Below are positions 21,697 to 31,329 of a DNA stretch of 64,000 bases, one piece after another. Made by a program: the position numbers and the translations under genes. How positions within the stretch are numbered: position 1 is the stretch's first letter; each line of letters begins with the position of its first letter. Origin of the DNA: Candidatus Thorarchaeota archaeon (GTDB lineage: Archaea > Asgardarchaeota > Thorarchaeia > Thorarchaeales > Thorarchaeaceae); contig JBHIAE010000005.1 in assembly GCA_046758445.1 (NCBI GenBank), forward strand, positions 1-64,000. Reading direction: 5' to 3'. The notes beneath the pieces were generated by a model. The model saw only the letters and a list, made by a program, of their open reading frames with translations. It ran no database searches and was not told the DNA's origin.

Positions 21697-21987
21697 CTAT
21701 CTCTTCCACAACTCTGCCTTGAGCTTCTCGTGGTCCTCCACGATGGTCTTAAGACATTTGAACAGCCGACTTGCCTCATCGATCGAAAGAAGAAAGGCCC
21801 CCTTGACATCTCGGTCTTCACCGAGAGAGAGGCGAATCTTGCCGTCATTCACCCATCCCTCATCGGTCTTCTCTGGGGACTGGAGCTGAACTTCAAGCCA
21901 TGTTCTCCGTGTCGCACCTGTCTGGCGGTCATCGAAGAAGTGTTTGATCTGAAGTCGGCGTTCATAAATCCTAGGCTTATCACCCAT
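21697..21987 (-). CDS. Small hypothetical protein, possible PC4/Whirly-like beta4-alpha fold
   Basis: 96 aa, alternating beta-strand pattern followed by an amphipathic helix; GAAAG before ATG. Confidence 0.6.
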   Translation of the reverse strand: MGDKPRIYERRLQIKHFFDDRQTGATRRTWLEVQLQSPEKTDEGWVNDGKIRLSLGEDRDVKGAFLLSIDEASRLFKCLKTIVEDHEKLKAELWKR

Positions 21988-22175
21988 CTTTCAAAGCACC
22001 TCTATCAAGTAACAGGTCTTTGCACCTGTACCGCCTTCACATTCGCTTCTGGGAATATTTCTTCATTTCTCGGAAATGCCGAGCTATGTCTGTTTCCACG
22101 AACCTCCTATGGCCGTCGTACTCAAGAAAAGCCTTATCTGAAGAGCTGAGTCAATCGGGGCTGGCGGACGCTCAA

Positions 22176-25064
22176 ATGGACAAGAACCGTAGACTTACCA
22201 TCCAGAGATTTGCTTCGACAATCATCATCATGATGCTTGTATTACCGACGCCCTTGCTTATGGTTGAAGGGAGTACTCAAGAATCGGTATCTAGTTTGAT
22301 TATTGATCCGCGCTTGAACGCCGCGATGATGAACTCGAAGCAAGATGAGGTTCTTCCAATAGTCATTCAGTTCCCTGAAAGGTCTACACCCAACTCAATG
22401 GAACGTGCGATAGCCAGTCTTGGACTTGAGAGAGTTATCTTGCGTCATGTCTTCAGTTTCATACCGGTCGTTTCACTCTATGCTGGGGTTTCAGATATTG
22501 AGTCCCTGTCAACGTTGGAAGGAGTGTCCGGAATCGCCTTAGACACTATCAGGTCTGCAACCGCAGAGCCGAGCTTCGGCCATGAGAGTCTCAGCAATGG
22601 CGTTCATTATGAACACTTCACAGAAACGCTAGATGCAACAGGCATGTGGAGTCAAGGCTACTTTGGAAATGGTACAGTGGTGGCTGTCCTAGACACAGGC
22701 GCACAGAGGGACCACCCGGATCTTGAAGGTAAGATCGTTGGCTTTGAGGACTTGATAGGGACCGGAGTCCTTTCCTATGATGATAACGGACATGGAACAG
22801 CCTGCGCCTGGAATGTCGTCGGAACAGGAGCAGCCAGCGGAGGCAATTTTACAGGAGTGGCCCCTGGTGCGAAACTGTTGATTGTGAAAGTCCTAGATCA
22901 GGATGGGCAGGGATCGGATTCTATCATAGCGCAGGGAATAGAGTACGCAGTTTCGCAAGGCGTCGATGTCATCAGCCTCAGCCTTGGGGGGCCTTGGGCT
23001 GACACTCAGCTCATAATCGACCCTTCGGTGCAGGCTGTCAGAGAGGCTGTTTCCGCTGGTGTCGCAGTGGTCGTGGCCTCCGGGAACTCTGGCCCAGCAC
23101 CATTCTCAGTATCCTCGCCTGGGTATGTCGATGAAGTCATAACCGTGGGAGCATCTTCAGAGTCGACCGGAGTAACGGCATTCAGCAGTCGTGGACCGGT
23201 AGAACGTCAGAACACGGTCCCCCGCGGTCGGTTCGCCAAACCTGATATCCTGGCTCCGGGCTCAGACGTGATTTCTGGACGTTCACACAGCTCCAACACT
23301 CTTGAGTATCCAATCTATGAGGAGCCGACCTATGGCCTAAGCTATACTCAGTGGTCTGGAACGTCTGCATCAACAGCACAGATAGCTGGGCTCGTGGCAC
23401 TCCTGAAACAGAAGGACGGTAGCCTCACTCCACTCCAGGGAAAACTGGCTCTGATGGCGACCGCAAAGGACCTAGGTGCGGACTCAATGGAGCAGGGTTG
23501 GGGATTAGCAAATGTCACAGCAGCTTCCAATCTGCTAAACTCTTCCTCGGGACAGCTTACTCTGATGACTCCAAGAAGATATCCGACTCTTCCAGGAGCT
23601 GCGACAGTACTAGTCATAGGGGAAGACCGGCCTGACCAAAACATCACCATTATGTCCACCACCAATCTTGGAACCGCAGAGATCGTGCAGTCTGGAAACG
23701 CGAGTCAGTTCGTGAAGACTCAGGATGGAACGTTCACTGTCAATGCTGGCTATTCCTTCGTCACTGTTGGATTGGATATGCCCGATATGCTACCTCTGAA
23801 CGCGACAGGACTCTACACTGGAACGCTAACTCTGGTTTCAGGAGGTATGAACGTAACAGCAATTGACCTCGAGCTCACAATTACGACGTACGGCGGGAGA
23901 CTGCTTGCTGACATGGCTCATCACGACGTTGACGTAGATGATCCAAGCTTCTACAGCTACTTCCAAGACTATCTTAGACAGCAGGGCGTAGTCTTGGAAG
24001 AGTTTGGTAGTAGTGCCATCTTCATGCCCGACAGTATCGATAGTGGCGATCTCGCAACCGCAGAAACATTCATGATCATGGACACTGAGCTTCCTTATGG
24101 ACAGTCTGAGATTGATGCCCTGCACCAGTTCGTTCTGGATGGGGGGACCTTGCTGGTCCTCTCAGAATTCTACAACACCACGAGTGAGGAGGCACTCTTC
24201 GGTATTGACTCCTACAACGAGATTCTTCAGCCCTACGGGATTCAGTGTGAGAGATTCGGCATAGGCGAAGGCCCTGATGATCTCACCGGGGAGTTGTATG
24301 GACTGGACTATGGAGGTGCAGTTGAGTCAGATCCACTAATGAACGGCGTTAGCAACCTGTACATCTTATGGGGTAGCACTCTAAGTGTCAATCCATCAGT
24401 CGCTGGAGCAAGAGGGCTCTTCTGGTACGATCAGGCCAAAACTCACGCTATTGTTGCTGCTGCGGAGGCAGGTAAAGGGAAGGTCATAGTGGTTTCGGAT
24501 GGTTCTACCCTATATGATGATGTTCTTTATGATGCCATCCAGGGAGACGCAGACAATCTAAGATTGTTGCGCAATATCGCAGGCGCCATCATACCAACTA
24601 CGCCTAGGATATTCGATGTGGAGCTAAACACACGCGAAATAGGCGAGCCAGCAAACCTGACAACATTTGTCTTTGACGACGATCTAGACGAAGTGACCAT
24701 CACAATAGTCGGTCCTAGTGGCTCCACTATCCCCGGCGTGGTCACTGAGAGGCTAGGATACCTGTTCACCACTGAGTTCACTCTCGAGAGTGGTGGCTTT
24801 TACGATGTCACCATAGTCGCAACAGATGCCGATGAGAACGTGAAGACATTTCAGAAGACATTCTTGGTTCCGATTGATCCAGCTGATGACGTATTCATAA
24901 CGACTGTAACCTTCGGCCTTCTTGCTGTGGTAGGAGTATCGCTCATCTACGTCATTGCCATCAGGTTTGGAGGTAGACGAAGAAGGCCTAGAAGACCTGT
25001 ATCTCTGCCCGATGAGTATGGTCCAGAACCTGATGAGTGGGGTCCTCCACCGACTATCGAATAG
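22176..25064 (+). CDS. Membrane-anchored S8 subtilase with site-1-protease-like architecture
   Basis: Signal peptide from ATG 22176; VLDTG, GHGT, SGNSG, SGTS catalytic motifs; Ig-like and GATase-like (DUF4350/GldG-type) domains; C-terminal TM and basic Pro-rich tail. Confidence 0.9.
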   Translation: MDKNRRLTIQRFASTIIIMMLVLPTPLLMVEGSTQESVSSLIIDPRLNAAMMNSKQDEVLPIVIQFPERSTPNSMERAIASLGLERVILRHVFSFIPVVSLYAGVSDIESLSTLEGVSGIALDTIRSATAEPSFGHESLSNGVHYEHFTETLDATGMWSQGYFGNGTVVAVLDTGAQRDHPDLEGKIVGFEDLIGTGVLSYDDNGHGTACAWNVVGTGAASGGNFTGVAPGAKLLIVKVLDQDGQGSDSIIAQGIEYAVSQGVDVISLSLGGPWADTQLIIDPSVQAVREAVSAGVAVVVASGNSGPAPFSVSSPGYVDEVITVGASSESTGVTAFSSRGPVERQNTVPRGRFAKPDILAPGSDVISGRSHSSNTLEYPIYEEPTYGLSYTQWSGTSASTAQIAGLVALLKQKDGSLTPLQGKLALMATAKDLGADSMEQGWGLANVTAASNLLNSSSGQLTLMTPRRYPTLPGAATVLVIGEDRPDQNITIMSTTNLGTAEIVQSGNASQFVKTQDGTFTVNAGYSFVTVGLDMPDMLPLNATGLYTGTLTLVSGGMNVTAIDLELTITTYGGRLLADMAHHDVDVDDPSFYSYFQDYLRQQGVVLEEFGSSAIFMPDSIDSGDLATAETFMIMDTELPYGQSEIDALHQFVLDGGTLLVLSEFYNTTSEEALFGIDSYNEILQPYGIQCERFGIGEGPDDLTGELYGLDYGGAVESDPLMNGVSNLYILWGSTLSVNPSVAGARGLFWYDQAKTHAIVAAAEAGKGKVIVVSDGSTLYDDVLYDAIQGDADNLRLLRNIAGAIIPTTPRIFDVELNTREIGEPANLTTFVFDDDLDEVTITIVGPSGSTIPGVVTERLGYLFTTEFTLESGGFYDVTIVATDADENVKTFQKTFLVPIDPADDVFITTVTFGLLAVVGVSLIYVIAIRFGGRRRRPRRPVSLPDEYGPEPDEWGPPPTIE

Positions 25065-26337
25065 GCCCTAGGGTTCGTTCAAGCAATGACAGTAGCTGAC
25101 CGTGCCTGCTCTTCAGGAGAGGCTGCTCTATGAGCTTCGCACCAGTTTCCACACGTTTGAGAATCTCGTAACCAATACGTCCTCCCATCCGAGGCCCCAG
25201 CACCTGTCCTCCAATCAAGCGGCCTTCTTCTGTGGTGACGAGTGCCACTTTCGTTGACTCGGAGAGATCCTCTAGGTAGGAAACAGCAACACCAATTCCC
25301 AAATCCCTTGCAGTAGTGGATGAGTGGCCTATGCATACAATGTCAGTCCCAAAGATGTGGTCGTACTGCAGGCGCAGCGGAGTATCATCGTATATCTTTT
25401 CACTGCCAACTGCGGCTACTCCAGCCTGCCTGCCTGCTCGAGCCGCTGTGCTTCCTACTGGCATAAGGATCGGGCCACCTGAGAGTGGATCTATCATCTC
25501 AATGCAATCTCCGACGGCAAAGACACCACTGGTTTCGGTTTCCATTCTGCTGTTGACCGGAACTCCTCCCAACGAGCCGAGCTTCAGACCCAACTTCTTG
25601 GCAAGGATGGTGTTTGGCCTGACTCCTGTCATGAATAGGACTGAGTCAGCCGCTATCTCTTTGCCGCCCACCTCAATACCGACGGCCTTATCGGTTCCAA
25701 GAACTCTTGAGGGTGCCGACCCCAGATGAAGATGTATCTGTCTTGGTATTCTTGAAAGAAGCTCTTCGCTCATAGATTCCTCCAACTGCCTCCGCATTAA
25801 TCGCGACCTAATCACGATGTGAACATCCTTCCCCATCTTGAAAAGACGCTCGGCCGTTTCTAGGCCACTGAAGCCTGCTCCTACTATGACGATCGATCTT
25901 TGGTCGTTGAGGATCCTTCCAATCTGAGTTGTATCAGCCATGGATTGGATTGTGTAGACGCCTGGAAGGTCAACGCCGGGTATGTCCGGAACGGCCGGGA
26001 TGCCTCCTGTGGCAATGATTAATCTATCAAACTTGATTGTTGAGGTCTGGTCTTCACCCAATACCAAGTCAATTGTCTTTTTGCTGAGATCTCCACCAAC
26101 CACACTTGTCCCTGAATGAATCTGAATCTGCTTTGCTGCAAGTACTTCTGTAGACCAGTCTGGAATGTACAGTTCTCGAGTATCAGGGTCTTCCAATGCC
26201 AATGCAGAACCCGGTTTCTTATGAGCAGATACCTTCTCTTCTGTAACCAGGGTTATTTCCGCCCTTGAATCAAATGTTCTTGCGGCCAACGCAGCAGCGG
26301 CCCCTCCGGGTCCGTAACCGACAATCACAATCTTCAA
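25054..26337 (-). CDS. FAD/NAD(P)-dependent oxidoreductase (NADH oxidase/CoADR-like fold, no redox Cys)
   Basis: GYGPGG, ATGG, GAGFSGLE, GVFAVGDC; the usual redox-Cys position reads HKKPG. Confidence 0.85.
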   Translation of the reverse strand: MKIVIVGYGPGGAAAALAARTFDSRAEITLVTEEKVSAHKKPGSALALEDPDTRELYIPDWSTEVLAAKQIQIHSGTSVVGGDLSKKTIDLVLGEDQTSTIKFDRLIIATGGIPAVPDIPGVDLPGVYTIQSMADTTQIGRILNDQRSIVIVGAGFSGLETAERLFKMGKDVHIVIRSRLMRRQLEESMSEELLSRIPRQIHLHLGSAPSRVLGTDKAVGIEVGGKEIAADSVLFMTGVRPNTILAKKLGLKLGSLGGVPVNSRMETETSGVFAVGDCIEMIDPLSGGPILMPVGSTAARAGRQAGVAAVGSEKIYDDTPLRLQYDHIFGTDIVCIGHSSTTARDLGIGVAVSYLEDLSESTKVALVTTEEGRLIGGQVLGPRMGGRIGYEILKRVETGAKLIEQPLLKSRHGQLLSLLERTLGPIR

Positions 26338-29300
26338 TCGACCACACTTCCCTTCCTGCTTTCTCTGATACGAGGCACAAGGTAGACGACAACTATCAAT
26401 GCTGCGGCACCTATTCCAATGATCAAGGCCATGGAGTTGTCTTCAACTATCTGAAGCGTACCGACATGTAACTCTACTGTTACGCCCGCTAGGCTAACTG
26501 CTGCAGCATAGACTTCGTAGTTGCCTGGGACCAGCGCAGATGGAGAAACGTCTATCTCATATAATCCAAGGTTTCCCGTGAGACTCAGATTGAGGGGAAG
26601 GCCTGAAACGGGGCGAAAGCTAATGTAGACAGCTTGTGCCAAAGCATAGCCCTCCACAACCACTTCGCCCGTAACACGTTCAGAGATGAATAGACCGACC
26701 CGGACAACATAGCTGTCCAAGGTCGCACTGACAATCCTGAGATTGCCCAGACCTTGAGATAGCATCACAGGATGGAGTATTGACCAATAGTCTGAATCGC
26801 TCACGTTGAAGAGCACACTATGAAGTATCTCGTACTCCTCAATATTCACAACGTACTGAAACGATGCTACATTGGTTCCCGTGCTCACGCCGGACTCTAC
26901 TTCTCCAAACTCCCCATCCACTATGCTCCAGGCGATTGAGAGGTTTGCAGGTGCATCATCTCGATCGGATATCTCGATGCTGACATTGAATGAATCTAAT
27001 GATGGCTCAACAGTGATGTTCTCTACGAGGGGCCTCCACTGGTTGTGCAAGCGGGTATTGTTAGTCTGATCGACAGGAGAAAGCGTAGCATTGCTCGTAG
27101 TAACGGACACGTTTCCTCTTTTGTATGGGTTGCCCCTGTCAACACTGAGAAACACCGTGTCGTCGTCTGTCCACCAATCGGCTGACAAAGCGGACGAAAC
27201 GTACATGCTTCCTAACCATTCATACACGGATGCTGAGCCCATAGTGACATTGACAACCACATCATAGCCGCTTGGTCCCGAACTGATGTCTTCATCAGAG
27301 TCCAAGTGAAGCGTCAGGACATTTGTTCCTGAGTAATCAGGTGTTCCTCTTGACGACACAGCGAAGGCTTGGTGAGTTTTGGTCTGATAGTACTTCACAC
27401 TTCTAATGTCCAGCTCTGCGTCAATTGACAAGTCTACTGGTGAACTCAGCACATCGTCTATACCTACCCAATCTTCAACTACCATTCCGCTCTGAAGTGC
27501 CATATCTAGAACATGCCTCACGGACCAGACCGAATCGATAAGACCGAATCCCCAGTCATCGAGGGGTGGTGAATAGTGCGAAGTCAGACTGCCTGCACCC
27601 ATAGTCAACGCTGTAAGGTCATTCCATGGAGAAGAGTCGGGGGATGCCTGTCGTATTAATGCCAGCAGACCTGCAACATGAGGAGCAGCCATGCTTGTTC
27701 CTGCTCTCGAAATCCATAATCCTTGTATGTTCTGAGATGCTGCCAGTACGTTGGAACCCGGTGCGGCCACGGTTACTTTCTTTACACCATCAACTCGCGG
27801 GCCTCTGCTGGATCCGGTGTCTATGTTATGAGCCCCCTCGTTATAATTGACAACAGTAACAGCGAGGTCCGCTGTGCTTGGAGAGCTGATTGTTCTTGTA
27901 TTATCAGTCTGACTCAAGAACTGAAGGTTGGTCAAATGCCAGTTGCCGTCCCATGCAAATAGGTCCACAGTTACATTCCCTCCCCCTGGGTTTGTGAGTC
28001 CGACGTTCCAGTTCCCATTCGTCCAGTTATGGTCATCTTCTGATATCTGAATGAGCAGATTGTTCATTCCTCTCAGACTAACGTCAGCAAATGCATAAGC
28101 ATGGAGGCTAGGTGTTGCGATCACCTGGGAGCTACCTGCTATTGTTGAGAATGCACCAAAGTCTATGGGGTCTCCACTCGGAGGAATTAGAAACACATGC
28201 TCATCTTGGTCCTCGCTATGCCAAAGAAAGCTCAGGGCTGATGCATCCGGGGGATTTGTAACATCAAGAACAGCGCTCGAGTTCGCACCTGAGCCAACTT
28301 CGAGGTGGGCATGTTTCGGTCTATTCCCGAGATTTCCAGCGGCCACAGTGCTGATTGTGCCGTACTTCATGAATGCCTCTGTGATAGCCAGATCCTCCAA
28401 ATCCGTGCCATCAAGAAATCCGATATAGCTCGAGAATGACATGTTGATGATATCGGCGCCATACTCTACTGCAAAGTAGATTGCGTCCACGATATCGCTA
28501 GACCTCAAAGGACTCTTTACTACAATGAGGTCGGCACCCGGAGCCACACCCAGAAACGATGTGAAACCAGGCTGTCCGCCAACTGCTGTGGATGCTATAT
28601 GGGTGCCGTGGCCCTGTGGGTCTCCTATCTGATATGCTTGGGTAGTCAGGTTCACTCCGCGGAAATAGACTTGGCTGTTCTCTTGGTCATAGAGAACCTT
28701 CACCTTTGGCTCTCCCAGTACCACTACATCTTCAGATGGGATATCTGCCACGCTGTTGTTATTCGCATCGATTCCCCCGAGCCATAGGTCTCCTTCGTTG
28801 ACATTGAATTGACCATCATCACCTGTGTCTATGAACATGTACTCATTATTGATCTCAATGGTGGCTGGAAACTGTTTGTCGATATGATTGATGGGTCCCT
28901 CGTCGGGATCTGCGATGGAGTCACCATCTATGTCTACGTAGTAGTCAGAGCCCAACGTGACCACATGATACGGTCCTGAGCTTTGCCTCCATAGGCTTGG
29001 GTGTGCCCATTCTACACCGAGATCAATGACGGCCACTGTTGCGCCGGAGCCATTGATTGTGGTTCCATCCTTCTTCAGATTCGCCCAGACATCAGGTGCA
29101 CCCGTGGCCGGCACTGAAGACTGAAGAGAGGGGTAGAACTGTTTCTCGCCTGATGTAGCTCTCACCAGACCCACGCTTGACAAGGCATTGAGTGACGCAA
29201 TGCCCGAAACCCTTGCAGAATAGATTCTGCCCACACTGATGACTGATCTCCCCATTCTCTCAAACTTTACACCAAGTGACTCAGCAACGATGAGTTGTTC

Positions 29301-29522
29301 GGGTGACAGTTCTTCTTCAAACTGAAGAAGTGCCCTGTGGCTAAACTCATCTGGAAATATCTGGTTACCAACAGATGACGATGAGAGCATCCTCATCAGT
29401 TGTGGCTCAATTGAAATGGGATTGCTCTCTTGAATCACCATTGAATACTGGCGCGCAGCTGGCGCAGCTGGTATAAAGAGGGCAACAAGGAGGAGTGCCA
29501 ATATCAAATGGCGTCTGAACAT
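26334..29522 (-). CDS. Large secreted, membrane-anchored S8 serine peptidase with inserted domains
   Basis: Signal peptide; VIDLG, GHGTHIAS, AAGNLG, SSRGP, GTSMAAPHVAG; C-terminal TM helix. Confidence 0.9.
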   Translation of the reverse strand: MFRRHLILALLLVALFIPAAPAARQYSMVIQESNPISIEPQLMRMLSSSSVGNQIFPDEFSHRALLQFEEELSPEQLIVAESLGVKFERMGRSVISVGRIYSARVSGIASLNALSSVGLVRATSGEKQFYPSLQSSVPATGAPDVWANLKKDGTTINGSGATVAVIDLGVEWAHPSLWRQSSGPYHVVTLGSDYYVDIDGDSIADPDEGPINHIDKQFPATIEINNEYMFIDTGDDGQFNVNEGDLWLGGIDANNNSVADIPSEDVVVLGEPKVKVLYDQENSQVYFRGVNLTTQAYQIGDPQGHGTHIASTAVGGQPGFTSFLGVAPGADLIVVKSPLRSSDIVDAIYFAVEYGADIINMSFSSYIGFLDGTDLEDLAITEAFMKYGTISTVAAGNLGNRPKHAHLEVGSGANSSAVLDVTNPPDASALSFLWHSEDQDEHVFLIPPSGDPIDFGAFSTIAGSSQVIATPSLHAYAFADVSLRGMNNLLIQISEDDHNWTNGNWNVGLTNPGGGNVTVDLFAWDGNWHLTNLQFLSQTDNTRTISSPSTADLAVTVVNYNEGAHNIDTGSSRGPRVDGVKKVTVAAPGSNVLAASQNIQGLWISRAGTSMAAPHVAGLLALIRQASPDSSPWNDLTALTMGAGSLTSHYSPPLDDWGFGLIDSVWSVRHVLDMALQSGMVVEDWVGIDDVLSSPVDLSIDAELDIRSVKYYQTKTHQAFAVSSRGTPDYSGTNVLTLHLDSDEDISSGPSGYDVVVNVTMGSASVYEWLGSMYVSSALSADWWTDDDTVFLSVDRGNPYKRGNVSVTTSNATLSPVDQTNNTRLHNQWRPLVENITVEPSLDSFNVSIEISDRDDAPANLSIAWSIVDGEFGEVESGVSTGTNVASFQYVVNIEEYEILHSVLFNVSDSDYWSILHPVMLSQGLGNLRIVSATLDSYVVRVGLFISERVTGEVVVEGYALAQAVYISFRPVSGLPLNLSLTGNLGLYEIDVSPSALVPGNYEVYAAAVSLAGVTVELHVGTLQIVEDNSMALIIGIGAAALIVVVYLVPRIRESRKGSVVD

Positions 29523-29664
29523 CGTCTTACCTCGGCGGTGGGTTCTAAAGTCGTTCTCTCCATGGTCCTGATATGCTTTTGCGTGACTGAAGTAATCCCC
29601 GTCCCCCTTTGATAGCTCTTATAACAGGAGCAGACGGAGCAAAACACACACGGACGTGCTCTCA

Positions 29665-31329
29665 ATGACTTCTGTGGAGGAAATCAAAGAGCTATTAGAG
29701 AAGGGCGAATCTAGAAACATGGAGTTCAAACGGAACCTCTCGAAAGTAGACATGAAGCCGGAGCGGCGTCAGAAGTTGGTCACCCGTGTAAAGTACATGA
29801 CGTGTGAAAGCCCTTTCGAGGGCCTCTTCCTTTTGGGCATTGAGGACATTGGGGGGAAGAAATGGGAGGTCTTCGGTCTCTCGGAACCACGACTCGAAAC
29901 AGCCGAGGGAGTGCTTCATGAGATATGCAGGGAGGCAGAAGTAGAGATTGTTGAGGAGGAGAGAATTGAGACTGACAGAGGCCTTGTTGGGCAATATCTC
30001 CTGAAGAGAATCGCTGCGCTCGAGATCAAGGAAACTTGTTCGGTCAATGTCGCGGGCCGAGTCAATTCAGGCAAGTCAACTCTCATTGGTTCAATTGTCA
30101 CTGGAACTCCAGACAATGGTGCAGGAAGCTCGAGGTCATTTCTCCTCAAACACCCACAAGAGATCACGCGTGGTCAGACAGCAGACATTCATCTTGCCTT
30201 CATGGGCTTCAGCTCTGAAGGTGAGAGCATACACTTGGAGAATCCTCTAGATAAGGCTGAATCAGGAAGAGTTCTTGACACTTCTACAAAGATACTCACC
30301 TTCTTCGATGCGCCAGGTCACCGTGAGTACAGCAAGACGATGATCAGAAGCATCTTGGGGGCAGACGCACAGTATGGACTTGTGTTAGTCCCTGGTCCCG
30401 ACGAAGCCCAACTAATCAGAAGTGAGGAGAGCCGCACGGGACTTCGTCGACTAGATGACATCACCCGTGAACACTTGATTCTCATGACTAGTCAGGGGAC
30501 ACCGTTCATCGTTGCAATCTCAAAGGTAGACAAGACTAGTCCAGAAGACCTGCTTCTTGTCACTGATGTCATTCGTGACACGCTGAAGGAGATTGGCAAG
30601 ATCCCTGTCAACGTCAAGACAAGGGATGAGATTCCAGCCTTGGTTGGAGAAATCGAACATGGAATCATAGTCCCGATCCTCGAGTTCGCCGCCACCGAAG
30701 AGTCCTCCATCGACTTCTTCACAGATCTCTTCAGAAATCTGCCATCGAACTCAAGGCATGTCGATCCATCGAAACCTGCACGCGCCTATGTAGACAAGGT
30801 CTATAGAGGAATAAGAGGAACGAACGTCGTGGTCACGGGAACAGTCAGATCGGGAGTGTTCAAGAAGGGACAGACGCTATTCATCGGACCAGACGAGAAT
30901 GGAAACATGCAGGAAGGTAGGTTGTTCAGCATCGAGATGTTCAAGAAAAGAATCAGCACAGCAAAAGCAGGGGACCTGTTTGGTTTTGACATCAAGGATG
31001 TGGACAAGCACAAGATTCGAAGAGGACAGCTAATCACAGATCCAGATGATGACATCAGAAGCTGTCGCACATTTGATGCAAACATAGTTGTGACTCGTCA
31101 TCCTACAAGGATCTCAGTGGGGTACTCACCAGTCTTTCAGAGCCACACAATCCAACATACGGTTACGCTCAAGAGGATTTTCGACGCTGATTATCTCAGC
31201 GTAGGTGACTTTGCTCGCGTAACACTCGAGTTCATGTCTCTTCCTGAAGCAATAGAAGTCGGAGACAAGATTGTACTTAGAGAGGCCAACACACGGGCTA
31301 TCGGAACTGTTGTGGAGGTACTCAACTAG
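29665..31329 (+). CDS. GTPBP1/2-like translational GTPase (COG5258)
   Basis: N-terminal GESRNMEFK domain; G1 GRVNSGKST, HPQEITRGQT, G3 DAPGH, G4 SKVD; EF-Tu domains II/III (HPTRISVGYSPV). Confidence 0.9.
   Translation: MTSVEEIKELLEKGESRNMEFKRNLSKVDMKPERRQKLVTRVKYMTCESPFEGLFLLGIEDIGGKKWEVFGLSEPRLETAEGVLHEICREAEVEIVEEERIETDRGLVGQYLLKRIAALEIKETCSVNVAGRVNSGKSTLIGSIVTGTPDNGAGSSRSFLLKHPQEITRGQTADIHLAFMGFSSEGESIHLENPLDKAESGRVLDTSTKILTFFDAPGHREYSKTMIRSILGADAQYGLVLVPGPDEAQLIRSEESRTGLRRLDDITREHLILMTSQGTPFIVAISKVDKTSPEDLLLVTDVIRDTLKEIGKIPVNVKTRDEIPALVGEIEHGIIVPILEFAATEESSIDFFTDLFRNLPSNSRHVDPSKPARAYVDKVYRGIRGTNVVVTGTVRSGVFKKGQTLFIGPDENGNMQEGRLFSIEMFKKRISTAKAGDLFGFDIKDVDKHKIRRGQLITDPDDDIRSCRTFDANIVVTRHPTRISVGYSPVFQSHTIQHTVTLKRIFDADYLSVGDFARVTLEFMSLPEAIEVGDKIVLREANTRAIGTVVEVLN

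Noticed and set aside
3042-31329. Repeated short overlaps of convergent stop codons (3042-45, 9845-48, 14393-96, 25054-64, 31322-29)
   Set aside because: Common in compact archaeal genomes; not evidence of a special system
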